Assembly: GCA_963825135.1 (NCBI GenBank)
Contig: CAWGRW010000009.1
Span: forward strand, 576,001 to 640,000
Length of the DNA stretch: 64,000 nucleotides
Reading direction: 5' to 3'
Origin: an uncultured bacterium
GTDB lineage: Bacteria > Desulfobacterota_D > UBA1144 > Nemesobacterales > UBA2774
The notes beneath the pieces were generated by a model. That model was given only the letters and a program-made list of their open reading frames with translations, was not told where the DNA came from and searched no databases. Position numbers and translations under genes: made by a program. Shown here in pieces: positions 10,267-20,582 of this stretch (its first letter is position 1; each line of letters opens with the position of its first letter).

Positions 10267-11589
10267 TCATGAGAGGCTCTCGCCCCCGTCCCGTCTCATG
10301 TAATATCCGAATACAAAGAAGGAAAGCGCCGATTTTATCACCGCAAACCCCAGAAACGCCAGCGCCGCGCCGACATAGGAATATGGAGGAACGAGGACAA
10401 ACATCAGGACCAGATAGACCACGGTGGTAACGACGTAAAACGCGGTCCTTATGCCGGGTTTCCCCATGGCGAGGAGCGCCGGGTTAATCCAGTAAGTGTA
10501 TCTCGCTATCAGCACACCGAGGGCGAGTATCCGGAGCGCGTTCGTCGCGGGAGCGTACTCCTCGCCGAAGACTATTCTCACTATCGGCCCCGCGAATACT
10601 ATAATCAAAACCGTCACCGGCACGATGAGCTTCATCAGATTCTTTGTCGATTCTTTTATGTAATTCTTGAACTCGTCCATAGCGTTAACGGTCGTGAATT
10701 TGATGAGCTCGGGGAAAATCGCCTCGTAGAGAGTATCCACTATACGGTTTAAAATACCGGCCACCGAATTCGCTATCCTGTAAAAGGCTACCGCGTCCTT
10801 GCCGGCAAAAAACCCGAGTATCATCACGCCCAGGTACTTGTCGCTCCCCGTCTTCAGCGTCGCCATGAAGCTGGTATTTCCCAAAAACCACGCGATCTCC
10901 TTCCACTGATTCCTTATCAAAAAAATATCGGCGGTAATCCAGCTGCCCAGACGCTTTTCATTGAGCGCCCTCGCCACGACCCACACCCTCACTGCGGCGG
11001 CGATGAAGTTCGATATTATGAGACCGTAGAGCGCCCCCTTTATTCCCAGTCCGGCCAAAAGGAGCGCCGCCACCAGCGCCAGCTGTGTCAGGTTCTCAAG
11101 AGAGTTTATTACGGCGATATTTTTATACTTTTCAAACACCCTCAGTATGGCGTCCGAAGTAAGCTTGGCGGTCTCGACGAAAAGTCCGAAGGCATAGATC
11201 CAGATGTAGATATAGGCCTCGGGGGAATGGATCACGTACGTGCTGATCAGCTTCGCCGTCACGATCGCAATTATGAAAGAGACCGCTCCGCTCCCCACGT
11301 CCAGGAAGTAGGAAAGTTTGATCATAGCGAGGGTTTTATCGGTCTCTCCCTGCTCCCAGTACGATCCGATATACTTGACGGTAGTTTCCCATACCCTCAC
11401 GTCGAAGAATTGGTTCATCATGGCGATGTAGGCGATAACGAGCTGAAGAAGCCCGTAGTCTGTCACCCCCAGCATCCTCGCAAGTATGACCGTCTGGATA
11501 GCCGCAAACCCCCCGGCCGCGGCTTTGCCGCTGAAGAGGAGTGATGCGTTTATAAACAGTTTTTTCTGGAGGCTCCGAGGTTCACTCAT
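10267..11589 (-). CDS. Wzx/MOP-family oligosaccharide flippase
   Basis: Many TM segments, ILARMLG..DYG start, FGEEY motif; next to a glycosyltransferase. Confidence 0.82.
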   Translation of the reverse strand: MSEPRSLQKKLFINASLLFSGKAAAGGFAAIQTVILARMLGVTDYGLLQLVIAYIAMMNQFFDVRVWETTVKYIGSYWEQGETDKTLAMIKLSYFLDVGSGAVSFIIAIVTAKLISTYVIHSPEAYIYIWIYAFGLFVETAKLTSDAILRVFEKYKNIAVINSLENLTQLALVAALLLAGLGIKGALYGLIISNFIAAAVRVWVVARALNEKRLGSWITADIFLIRNQWKEIAWFLGNTSFMATLKTGSDKYLGVMILGFFAGKDAVAFYRIANSVAGILNRIVDTLYEAIFPELIKFTTVNAMDEFKNYIKESTKNLMKLIVPVTVLIIVFAGPIVRIVFGEEYAPATNALRILALGVLIARYTYWINPALLAMGKPGIRTAFYVVTTVVYLVLMFVLVPPYSYVGAALAFLGFAVIKSALSFFVFGYYMRRDGGESLS

Positions 11590-11613
11590 TCGACATCGTC
11601 TAAATAGAGACTT

Positions 11614-12801
11614 TCATGATTTTCCGTCAAGCGCCGTTTTCAATACATCGATATAATTTTTTATCATTCCGGTTTCCGTATGGAATTCCTTCACAACCCC
11701 CCTGCCGCTTTCACCCATGAGGCGGGCCCTGTCCGGGTCCCTCAGGAGAGACTTTACAGCGTCCGCGATGTCCGTGACGCTTTCAGGGTCGACGAGGATT
11801 CCGGTAACACCGTCCCTCACGGCCTCGACGGACCCGCCTTGCTTCGACGCGACGACCGGCTTCGCCCTTGCGCTCGCCTCGATCAACGCGTTGGGCAGAC
11901 CCTCGATCTTGTTGCCCCACTCCCTGCTCGGCATCACGAACGCGTCCGCAAGGTCGAGATAATCAATTATTTCCTCGTGACCGACCCCCCCCGTGAAAAT
12001 TACGGAACCGCTCACGCCCGCCTCCTCCGCCAGATCCCTGAACTTGTTTTTGAACCGACCCTCGCCGACGACGAGATATATGACCCCGGGGAATTCCTTT
12101 TTCACGAGCGGGAGAGCCCTTATTACCATATCCTGGCCTTTCCTCGGGAGCACCCTCGCAATGGTGACGATGATCGGGGCATTCCCGCCGATCCCGTGTT
12201 TAGCCCTGAGTGCGCTCATCTTTTCCGCATCGGGCTTCTTCGACAGCATCTCCCCGCCCACCCCGTTATATATGACCGTGATTTTATCTTCGGGAACGCC
12301 TATACCCTCCAGAAGCCCTTTGGTGTTCCTGCTGACGGCAATTATTCGCCCGGCATTTTTGTAGAGCCTCCTCATTGGATACTTCATCAGCCTTTTGATA
12401 ATCCTGTTTCCGTAGAAACAAGTGGTAATACCGGAGCCCGCCACCCGAACCACGGGCACGAACGAGAAGTCCGGCAAGAGACCGCCTGAGGCTTCGGCCT
12501 CTTCCGTTATAAAGAGCACCACGTCCGGTTTGCTGTTTCGGAGCTCGGCCATGAGAAAAAACCAGCCGAGCAATATGTCCGCGTAAGGCAGGGCCTTTAT
12601 CCATTTGCCGCCGAGACCGGGAATCCTTCTTACCCGGCACCCGAGACGCCGGTCTATATCGCGTTCGCCGCGGCCGTAGCCGGGCGCGAGCACGACCGTC
12701 TCGATTCCCGCGCCCGAGATGCCCCGGGCCAGCCTCATGCCGGTCGTCGCAAGCCCCCCGAGAAAGGGGGGGAATTCATGGGTATAAATTAGGACCTTCA
12801 T
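11614..12801 (-). CDS. Glycosyltransferase family 4 (GT-B fold)
   Basis: EFPP..GG, VIYNGV, RKGQD, EGLPNALIEA. Confidence 0.92.
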   Translation of the reverse strand: MKVLIYTHEFPPFLGGLATTGMRLARGISGAGIETVVLAPGYGRGERDIDRRLGCRVRRIPGLGGKWIKALPYADILLGWFFLMAELRNSKPDVVLFITEEAEASGGLLPDFSFVPVVRVAGSGITTCFYGNRIIKRLMKYPMRRLYKNAGRIIAVSRNTKGLLEGIGVPEDKITVIYNGVGGEMLSKKPDAEKMSALRAKHGIGGNAPIIVTIARVLPRKGQDMVIRALPLVKKEFPGVIYLVVGEGRFKNKFRDLAEEAGVSGSVIFTGGVGHEEIIDYLDLADAFVMPSREWGNKIEGLPNALIEASARAKPVVASKQGGSVEAVRDGVTGILVDPESVTDIADAVKSLLRDPDRARLMGESGRGVVKEFHTETGMIKNYIDVLKTALDGKS

Positions 12802-12856
12802 CGTGCGCCGTCATCAACAATCCAGTACGAAGTTTGACTATTACGAGCAAGCATTA

Positions 12857-12885
12857 TTGCACTTTATTTTATAATACACTATATT
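12857..12885 (+). promoter_or_regulatory. sigma70-type promoter for the 12983/13307 gene pair
   Basis: TTGCAC-17 nt-TATATT. Confidence 0.5.
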
Positions 12886-12982
12886 TCGTTTTGGATTCCG
12901 CCTAAGGGACATTAATCAAAGCGCGGCTATTTTTTAAGGTAAAAAATAAAGCGGTCCCTGAATCAAAACCCGGGAGGGTGCT

Positions 12983-13228
12983 ATGAACGAAATTGAGAAT
13001 CAGCTACTGAACATTCTGTGCAGGGGGGCGGGCCAGGGGAATTCCAATACGGACAAGATCACGCAGGCGATCGTGGACGAGAACCCGGGACTCGATTATA
13101 ATCAGACGAAAATAAAGGTCGTCGAGTCTCTAAACGACCTAAAGGACAAAGGCCAGATTCAGATAATGACCATCAACTGGGAGCTCGGGGATGAATTCCT
13201 TTACATATGCACTAACATCGTCGAGTAA
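12983..13228 (+). CDS. Hypothetical protein, 81 aa (possible winged helix)
   Basis: GGAGG SD before the ATG; helix-helix-helix/beta pattern with L.DL..KG.I. Confidence 0.7.
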   Translation: MNEIENQLLNILCRGAGQGNSNTDKITQAIVDENPGLDYNQTKIKVVESLNDLKDKGQIQIMTINWELGDEFLYICTNIVE

Positions 13229-13306
13229 TACCCGTTTTCTCGATTCTATATACGGGACGCCGTCCTGTTAACCGGAGTAATTTTCTAAGTACGAACGGAG
13301 CGATTC

Positions 13307-13633
13307 GTGCCGACACTCGACTATATACGCATCGTGGGCATCCTGGATATCCATTCGGACAGCCCGGGGCCTTCGGACATAACCTTCAATATAGAGTATT
13401 CGGGCGATTCCGATTTCAGCTCCCCTATGATGGGAGTCATCACTCTGCGTATGAACGAGCTACTCGACACATCGGGACTCGGAACGGAGGATATGGAGAA
13501 AATTGCCTCCAGGCTCGTACGGCAGGTGCTCATCAGGGAAAGGAATAAGGACGGAACGATAACGATTCTTCACGTCCTCGGGCTTCCCCTGGATGAATGG
13601 CTCAGGAAGAACATACCGTTCCCGAGACACTGA
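13307..13633 (+). CDS. Hypothetical protein, 108 aa
   Basis: GGAG SD before GTG; globular composition; fills the intergenic space. Confidence 0.65.
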   Translation: MPTLDYIRIVGILDIHSDSPGPSDITFNIEYSGDSDFSSPMMGVITLRMNELLDTSGLGTEDMEKIASRLVRQVLIRERNKDGTITILHVLGLPLDEWLRKNIPFPRH

Positions 13634-13867
13634 CGCTTCACGAAATTATTAAACTAAGCTGGCCTCTTAACCCGAAAAATCAGAAAAATTCATAACTATA
13701 TAAATCCTCTTACAAATCTTATTTTTTTCATGTATAATCAGTCCCAGTTGTTTTTAAGTAGCTTACTTAGTTCTTTGAAAACCTAGACCACAAGCATGAC
13801 CGGATCTCGGTAATTTATTCCGGGGTTGGATTTCTTTTAAGATTTTGTCTCTGCAGGAGGTATAGGT

Positions 13868-16576
13868 ATGGTACTCAGGCGTTCCCTAATTATCCTTTTC
13901 GTAATTCTCCTTCCGGTAACTGCTTTCGCGGCCCAGAAATACATAGTCAGGAAAGGAGATAACCTTTATGATTTATCCAGGAAGTTCGGTATTACCGTCG
14001 ATCAACTAAAGTCGATAAACAATTTAAAAGACGACAAGCTGAACATCGGCGACGTTTTAACCCTCGAAGTCCCCGTCAAAGACGATGACGCAACAGTAGT
14101 GAACACAGCGCGCAGCAATAATAACGAATACATTGTAAAGAACGGCGATACATTAGGTGAGATAGCGGAAATATACGGTCTATCCTCGGAAGACCTGAAG
14201 AAAGCAAACGGTTTACAGAATACAAAACTACAAATAGGGCAAAAACTTTTAATCCCCCCGTCAAATTCCGAACCGGTCGAAGTCGCTCAGTCCCGGGAAC
14301 CGGCAAAAGAAGATTCAGGCAGTAAAGAAGCGAGCAACGGACAGGAATCTCCGAAAAGCGCTCCCGCGGTGCCGGCCGAGTACGCCGTCCTAAAGGGCGA
14401 CACTCTGGGACACATCGCGCTTAGGTTTAACGTATCGAGCGGCGACATTAAGAAGGCGAACGGACTCGATAACGACAGGCTACGGATAGGGCAAGTCCTC
14501 AGGATCCCCGGAAAAGGAACGGCGGAAGTGAACACCGTCCCCGCAGCGGCGGCTAAAACCCCCGACAGCCCCGCTCCGGTGAAAACGGGCGTTTATACCG
14601 TAGTTAAAGGGGATACCCCCGGCGCAATCGCCCAAAGACTGGGCGTGAGCACCGATCAACTTATTAAGCTCAACAACCTAGACAGCAAAAGACTTCAGAT
14701 CGGCCAGAGACTAGCGGTACCGGGGTACGATCAGCCGCAGTCCCCCGCCGGAGAAAAGGTCATTACCGCCGGTCAGGAAAGCACGGAACCCGACAAGGCC
14801 GCTAAGGCCGGCACACGCGTTTCTTCTGAGACACACTCCTCTTCCGAGACACACTCCGCAAAATACGTTATCAGAAAAGGCGACACGCCGGGCGCAATCG
14901 CCAAGAGATTGGGCGTTAGCACCGATGAACTTATAACGCTCAACAACCTCGACAGCGGGAAGCTGCGGATCGGGCAGGTACTCGTTCTACCGGGAATGCA
15001 GGCGGATAACGGTAAAGCCGGGCTCTCTCCCAGCGACGAGAAGGAAGACGCGGCCCCGGGTGAAGCCGCCGATAAAGAGGCTGCTCAAAGTAATGCGCCG
15101 TCTGAATACACCGTCAAAAAAGGCGACACCCTGTACGTGCTCGCTAAAACTTTCGGCGTTTCGGTAGACCGCATTAAAAAGTACAACAACCTTAAAAACA
15201 ACAATCTGAGGGTAGGGCAAAGACTCGTGCTTAACTCGTCCGGCGCTTCGGCCGCCTCAAGTGATACCGTAGAGAAAGAGACCGTACAGGCGACTGAGAC
15301 CGAAATCGCGGAATCGACGAAATACGCTACCAGATACACGGTGAGAAAAGGGGACACTTTAGGATACCTCGCCATCAAATACGGTGTTTCGCAAAATGAC
15401 CTTAAAAGAGCCAACGGTCTTAAAGGCAGCGGCTTAAGGGCGGGGCAGGTCTTGATGGTGCCCGGAACGGAGGTCGCGGCGGAGACGCAGGAAACGGCGA
15501 TAACGGAAACCGCGCCCGAGACCCTTAGCGACGTCTATATCAAGAAGAGGTACGTCGTTAAGCCGGGCGACTCTCTCGGCAGCATAGCGGAAGGTTTTAA
15601 TGTCTCCGTAGAGGAAATAAAAAAGGCGAGCGCGCTTAAAAGCGACACGATAAACAACGGCGATATACTCCTCATACCCGTTCCTCAGGAAAAAGTTACT
15701 CATGCGAAATACACAGTGGCAAAGGGCGACACGCTCGGCAGAATCAGCAGGAAGTTCGGCGTTTCCGTGAGGGAGCTCAAGAGGGCCAACGGACTTTCGA
15801 GCGACAGGCTCCGGTCGGGAATGAAGCTCAGCATACCGGGGCTGTCTTCCGCTGTATCCGGTGAGAGCGAGGCTGAGAATGTGGCGGCGGCCTCTCTGCC
15901 GCGGGGTGAATACGTTGTTAAAAAGGGCGACACGCTCGCCCGTATAGCCAGGCGCTACGACGTTACGATAAAAGAGATCAAGAGAGAGAACAATATTAAG
16001 GGCAATTCGGTAAACGCGGGGCAGGTTTTATATATCCCGGGCTACGGAAAACAGGAAACAGAATATAGGGTTGTAACGGAGAAAAAGGCGCCCCAGGAAT
16101 CAAACGGTCAATATAAGGTCGCGGAGCCCGCTGCCGAGAACGGCAGGTTCTCAAAGGAGAGCATCATAGAGGTCGCGAAGAAGTACCTTGGAGCCCCCTA
16201 TAAATTCGGAGGCAACGACCTCGCGACCGGGATCGACTGTTCCGGTTATGTGAAGAAAATTTTCAGCAGGTTCAACGTATACCTGCCCAGGACAGCCAGG
16301 GACATTTACTACAGCTCCGGGTATAGCGTCCCCAAAAAGAATCTGGATACCGGGGACCTCGTATTTTTCACCACGTATGCGAAATACCCTTCGCATGTGG
16401 GTATCTACATCGGGAACGACGAATTCATACACGCCTCCTCGGCGTCCCGAATGGTAACCATCGACAGCATCAACAAACAGTATTACAAGAAGCGCTACAT
16501 CGGCGCGAAAAGGGTAGAGCTTTCGGGGTTATTTTATGATGAGTTATCGAAAGACTACGCGGGGTTCAGTAATTAG
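13868..16576 (+). CDS. Secreted peptidoglycan endopeptidase: 10 LysM domains + NlpC/P60
   Basis: AGGAGGT SD; signal peptide ending AFA; ten Y.V..GD[TSN]-like LysM starts; DCSG, HVGIY, FIHAS. Confidence 0.94.
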   Translation: MVLRRSLIILFVILLPVTAFAAQKYIVRKGDNLYDLSRKFGITVDQLKSINNLKDDKLNIGDVLTLEVPVKDDDATVVNTARSNNNEYIVKNGDTLGEIAEIYGLSSEDLKKANGLQNTKLQIGQKLLIPPSNSEPVEVAQSREPAKEDSGSKEASNGQESPKSAPAVPAEYAVLKGDTLGHIALRFNVSSGDIKKANGLDNDRLRIGQVLRIPGKGTAEVNTVPAAAAKTPDSPAPVKTGVYTVVKGDTPGAIAQRLGVSTDQLIKLNNLDSKRLQIGQRLAVPGYDQPQSPAGEKVITAGQESTEPDKAAKAGTRVSSETHSSSETHSAKYVIRKGDTPGAIAKRLGVSTDELITLNNLDSGKLRIGQVLVLPGMQADNGKAGLSPSDEKEDAAPGEAADKEAAQSNAPSEYTVKKGDTLYVLAKTFGVSVDRIKKYNNLKNNNLRVGQRLVLNSSGASAASSDTVEKETVQATETEIAESTKYATRYTVRKGDTLGYLAIKYGVSQNDLKRANGLKGSGLRAGQVLMVPGTEVAAETQETAITETAPETLSDVYIKKRYVVKPGDSLGSIAEGFNVSVEEIKKASALKSDTINNGDILLIPVPQEKVTHAKYTVAKGDTLGRISRKFGVSVRELKRANGLSSDRLRSGMKLSIPGLSSAVSGESEAENVAAASLPRGEYVVKKGDTLARIARRYDVTIKEIKRENNIKGNSVNAGQVLYIPGYGKQETEYRVVTEKKAPQESNGQYKVAEPAAENGRFSKESIIEVAKKYLGAPYKFGGNDLATGIDCSGYVKKIFSRFNVYLPRTARDIYYSSGYSVPKKNLDTGDLVFFTTYAKYPSHVGIYIGNDEFIHASSASRMVTIDSINKQYYKKRYIGAKRVELSGLFYDELSKDYAGFSN
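14822..14857 (+). repeat. 18-bp tandem duplication (SSETHS x2) in a LysM linker
   Basis: tcttctgagacacactcc / tcttccgagacacactcc. Confidence 0.85.
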
Positions 16577-16629
16577 AAGACAAAATTTACGGCAATCCGC
16601 GGGTCGGATAATAATTAGTTCAGCATACA

Positions 16630-16651
16630 GCCCCGGTCCTTACACCGGGGC
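16630..16651 (+). terminator. GC-rich hairpin after the LysM-NlpC/P60 gene
   Basis: gccccggt-ccttac-accggggc; only a weak U tract. Confidence 0.45.
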
Positions 16652-16733
16652 GTCCTTTCAGTCCCCCCTATCCCTAATAAATCCGCTCCATTGAAAGATA
16701 GGGATCGGTGTTTATATTATAACGATTGATATT

Positions 16734-17630
16734 ATGGAACAGGTTATTCAACATTTCAGGGACTATCTCGGGTCCGAAAGGAATTACTCAAAACACACTG
16801 TCAAGGCTTACATAACGGACATAAGCGAGTTCTGCCGTGTGATAAAAGAAAAAAAGCTCGTTCGGGAAAAAGACGGCGGGATAGATTTCGGGAGCATCGA
16901 CGAAGCGCCCGTCAGGGCCTACATTAGCTGGCTCTATACGAGAAACTCCAGGACATCGATATCGAGGAAGCTCGCATCGGTCAGGACTTTCTTCGAATTC
17001 CTGATAAGGAACGGATCCGTTAAGAACAACCTCGCAAAGCTCGTGCCGACGCCCCGCGGAGAAAAGAGACTCCCGACATTCCTTACCGTCGACGAGGTCG
17101 TCAAACTCCTGGATATCGAAGGCTCGGGCGAGACGACTCAATCCCGGGACATCGCGATAATCGAGCTCCTCTACTCGAGCGGGCTCAGGGTGAGCGAGCT
17201 TGTCGGCGTCAATCTGAACGACATCGATCTGAATAACCTTACGGTGAAGGTCCTGGGAAAGGGCAATAAGGAAAGGATCGTGCCCGTGGGCTCAAAGGCC
17301 GCACAGGCGCTTGGGGAATACCTGCGCGCAAGGACCGGCATGAACCCCAGGGGGGACTTTCTGTTCGTCAATTCCAGGGGCGACAGGCTCAACGTAAGGA
17401 GCGTGGACAGGATTATCAAAAAATACGCCGTGCTCGCTGGAATACCCAAAAACGTGAGCCCGCACGTGCTCAGGCATACTTTCGCCACACACCTACTTGG
17501 AGGGGGCGCGGACCTGCGGGCCATACAGGAGATGCTCGGCCATAAGAGTCTTTCCACAACGCAGAGATATACTCACACGTCGATTGAAAAATTAATGGAA
17601 ATTTACGATAAAACACACCCGAGAGCGTAA
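16734..17630 (+). CDS. xerC: Tyrosine recombinase XerC
   Basis: [36 protein letters not shown]; xerC-hslV-hslU synteny. Confidence 0.9.
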   Translation: MEQVIQHFRDYLGSERNYSKHTVKAYITDISEFCRVIKEKKLVREKDGGIDFGSIDEAPVRAYISWLYTRNSRTSISRKLASVRTFFEFLIRNGSVKNNLAKLVPTPRGEKRLPTFLTVDEVVKLLDIEGSGETTQSRDIAIIELLYSSGLRVSELVGVNLNDIDLNNLTVKVLGKGNKERIVPVGSKAAQALGEYLRARTGMNPRGDFLFVNSRGDRLNVRSVDRIIKKYAVLAGIPKNVSPHVLRHTFATHLLGGGADLRAIQEMLGHKSLSTTQRYTHTSIEKLMEIYDKTHPRA

Positions 17631-17632
17631 AC

Positions 17633-18169
17633 ATGGAAAACTTCCACGGAACAACGATAGTATGCGTAAAGGTCGGAGATAAGGTCGCAATGGCGGGAGA
17701 CGGGCAGGTCACCCTGGGCCACGCCGCGGTAAAACACTCCGCAAAAAAAGTCAGGAGAATTTTCGAGGGGAAGGTGCTTGTGGGGTTCTCCGGGGCTACG
17801 GCGGACGCCATGACACTCTTTGACAAGTTCGAGGCCAAGCTTGAGGAATTCAGGGGGAACCTCAGGAGAGCGGCCGTCGAGCTCGCGAGGGACTGGAGGA
17901 CCGACCGGATTTTAAGGAGGCTCGAAGCGCTCCTTGCGGTCGCCGATAAAGACAGCATGTTCCTTATATCCGGGAGCGGAGACGTGCTCGAGCCGGACGA
18001 CAACGTCGTGGCCGTAGGCTCCGGAGGCTCGTACGCCCAGGCGGCGGCGAAGGCCCTCTCCAGGCACTCGACGCTGAGCGCAAAAGAGATCGCGGAAGAG
18101 TCGCTCAAGATCGCTTCCGAAATATGCATTTATACCAACGACAAAATCACCGTAGAGGAACTCGCATAA
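17633..18169 (+). CDS. hslV: ATP-dependent protease peptidase subunit HslV
   Basis: HGTTIV, AGDGQVT, WRTDR.LRRLEA, GSGG. Confidence 0.97.
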   Translation: MENFHGTTIVCVKVGDKVAMAGDGQVTLGHAAVKHSAKKVRRIFEGKVLVGFSGATADAMTLFDKFEAKLEEFRGNLRRAAVELARDWRTDRILRRLEALLAVADKDSMFLISGSGDVLEPDDNVVAVGSGGSYAQAAAKALSRHSTLSAKEIAEESLKIASEICIYTNDKITVEELA

Positions 18170-18170
18170 A

Positions 18171-19502
18171 ATGAGCAATGAAACATTTTTTACGCCCAGA
18201 GAGATAGTCTCTGAGCTCGACAGGTATATAATCGGCCAGAATAAGGCGAAAAGAGCCGTCTCGATCGCGCTTCGCAACCGGTGGAGGAGGCAGCGCGTTT
18301 CCCCCGAGCTGAAAGACGAAATCGCGCCCAAGAACATACTCATGATCGGGCCGACCGGGGTAGGGAAGACGGAGATCGCCAGGCGGCTCGCGAAGCTCGC
18401 ACAGGCCCCTTTCCTGAAGGTCGAGGCGTCCAAATTCACGGAAGTAGGCTACGTCGGCAGGGACGTCGAGTCCATGATAAGGGACCTTACGGACATCGCG
18501 ATAAAAATGATTACGGACGAAGAGAAACAAACGGTCAGGACCAAGGCCGAGGACCTCGCCGAGGAAAGGATGCTCGACCTCCTGCTCCCCACCGGCACCG
18601 CAGAGCAGCCCCCTTCGGATACGGGCGGCGAAACGAGGGAAAAGCTGAGGAAGCTGCTCAGGGAAGGCAGGCTCGACGAGAGGTTCGTCGATATCGAGGT
18701 GACGTCAAAAAATTTCCCCATACAGGTTTTCTCCCCGCAGGGCCTCGAGGAGATGGACGTAAACATATCGGACATGCTCGGGAACCTGTTCCCTAAAAAA
18801 ACGAAGAAGAGAAAAGTGAGGGTCCCCGAAGCGATGGAGGTTCTCATTCAGGAAGAGGCGCAAAAGCTCATCGACATGGACAACGTCGTCAAAATGGCGA
18901 TCGAGCGCGTAGAGCAGTCGGGGATAATATTCATCGACGAGATAGACAAGGTCGCGGGGCGGGAGAGCACCGCCGGGCCCGACGTCTCGAGAGAAGGGGT
19001 TCAGAGGGACCTGCTCCCGATAATCGAAGGCTGTACTGTAAACACTAAACACGGCATGGTGAAGACCGACCACATATTGTTCATTGGCGCGGGAGCCTTC
19101 CACGTATCGAAGCCGTCTGACCTGATCCCGGAGCTCCAGGGCAGGTTCCCGATAAGGGTCGAGCTCGAACCGCTTACGACCGAGGACTTCGTACAGATTC
19201 TTACGCAGCCGAGAAACGCCCTGATAAAGCAATATACGGAGCTCCTCAACACGGAAAAAATAGAGCTCGCGTTCAAGGACGACGCGATACAGGAAATAGC
19301 GGAGACCGCTCAATTAGTCAACGAATCCACCGAGAACATCGGGGCGCGGAGACTGCACACGATAATGGAGAGGATGCTCGACGAAATATCATTCAACGCC
19401 CCCGACATGGCGGAGCAAAAGATAGTGATCGACGCGAAGTACGTGAGGGACAAGATCGCGGATATAGTAAAAGACAGGGACCTGAGCAGATACATCCTGT
19501 AA
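18171..19502 (+). CDS. hslU: ATP-dependent protease ATPase subunit HslU
   Basis: [26 protein letters not shown]-terminal DLSRYIL. Confidence 0.98.
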   Translation: MSNETFFTPREIVSELDRYIIGQNKAKRAVSIALRNRWRRQRVSPELKDEIAPKNILMIGPTGVGKTEIARRLAKLAQAPFLKVEASKFTEVGYVGRDVESMIRDLTDIAIKMITDEEKQTVRTKAEDLAEERMLDLLLPTGTAEQPPSDTGGETREKLRKLLREGRLDERFVDIEVTSKNFPIQVFSPQGLEEMDVNISDMLGNLFPKKTKKRKVRVPEAMEVLIQEEAQKLIDMDNVVKMAIERVEQSGIIFIDEIDKVAGRESTAGPDVSREGVQRDLLPIIEGCTVNTKHGMVKTDHILFIGAGAFHVSKPSDLIPELQGRFPIRVELEPLTTEDFVQILTQPRNALIKQYTELLNTEKIELAFKDDAIQEIAETAQLVNESTENIGARRLHTIMERMLDEISFNAPDMAEQKIVIDAKYVRDKIADIVKDRDLSRYIL

Positions 19503-19594
19503 ACCACACGACTCACAGACAACATTCCGAAAGTGTCCGGACCTGATTCGAGGCGACCCGACAGGAGCCGCAGAACCGGACAATCCCTGACCGG

Positions 19595-20317
19595 CTACGC
19601 TTTGGTTTGCCAGAGCGCCTTTCCTATGAAAAAAGGCCCCAGGCTTTCGAGATACATAGAAGTCTGTTTGGTTTTCCTCATCGATTGGATGAGTATCGAA
19701 AGCGGGTAGAGCTCCTTCCCAAGGACCCCGATCACGAAGTCGTTATCGTTCTTGTCGAGCCCGTGACACGCGAGGCGTATGTCCTTCCCGTAACCCGCAT
19801 CCCCGAACTTAAAGCCGAGCTTCCCGTGCTCCCCCAGGACCGAACGCTGCTCCTCTGCGGAAAGGGTCTCGAACAGCTTGTGCCTCCGGAGCGGGTACCA
19901 TATCGCCCACGGCAGCCCGGGGTCGAGCACCCTTTCCCGCGGCCGGTCGACGAGCACCCTCTCGAGGTCGGGCTCATACCCGAAGGAATAAGTCCTTCCG
20001 AGCATCGTGTATTCAGGCTTCGGCGCAAGCTCCCTGAAGACCGCGCCGCCCAGAAAGTCCCTAAGCCCGCCCACGAAGTAATCGGGGTCCTCGCTCATCG
20101 CCAGAAGGCCAATACCGTATGGGTCGTTTATATCGGCATAGAGGGCGAAATCCATGCCGGACTTTTTCAATTCTTCTATTAGTTTCGTGGTGTTATGGCA
20201 GTTTCCGAAAGCGAGGAGCTGCATGAGCAGCCTCCTGTCCGAGGACAGGACAGTACCGTCCTTAGCCCTCCCCTTCTCGCTTATATCAAGACCCGCGTGC
20301 TCCGTATCGATAGACAT
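19595..20317 (-). CDS. Chlorite dismutase / coproheme decarboxylase (ChdC/HemQ) family heme protein
   Basis: WYPLRR, proximal-His EHG, GLD..D.DF, GPFFIG. Confidence 0.78.
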   Translation of the reverse strand: MSIDTEHAGLDISEKGRAKDGTVLSSDRRLLMQLLAFGNCHNTTKLIEELKKSGMDFALYADINDPYGIGLLAMSEDPDYFVGGLRDFLGGAVFRELAPKPEYTMLGRTYSFGYEPDLERVLVDRPRERVLDPGLPWAIWYPLRRHKLFETLSAEEQRSVLGEHGKLGFKFGDAGYGKDIRLACHGLDKNDNDFVIGVLGKELYPLSILIQSMRKTKQTSMYLESLGPFFIGKALWQTKA

Positions 20318-20582
20318 TTCAATACCTCCGAGAGTATAAAATATAACAGGGAAACCCTCTATTGGCGATTCTGAACCTGTATATTCTCCCCTGCCCGAAT
20401 CAGCGGAACCGGCATCGACTCCCGCTCGAACCGGTCACATACGGACCCTCCCGGCGTCTCCCCGGCATTATATTACAGAGACCGCCGCAGGCGATTATGC
20501 GAGCTGGAAAAAGAATTTATTGGAATAAAACCATATTTCTTTTATAATAATCAGCTTTATTTTCAGGCGGAAAAAGAGGGAG

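Noticed and set aside
13700..13867. Possible c-di-AMP (ydaO) riboswitch before the LysM-NlpC/P60 gene
   Set aside because: The context is suggestive but the conserved GCTGAATCC / GGGGGAACC elements are absent.
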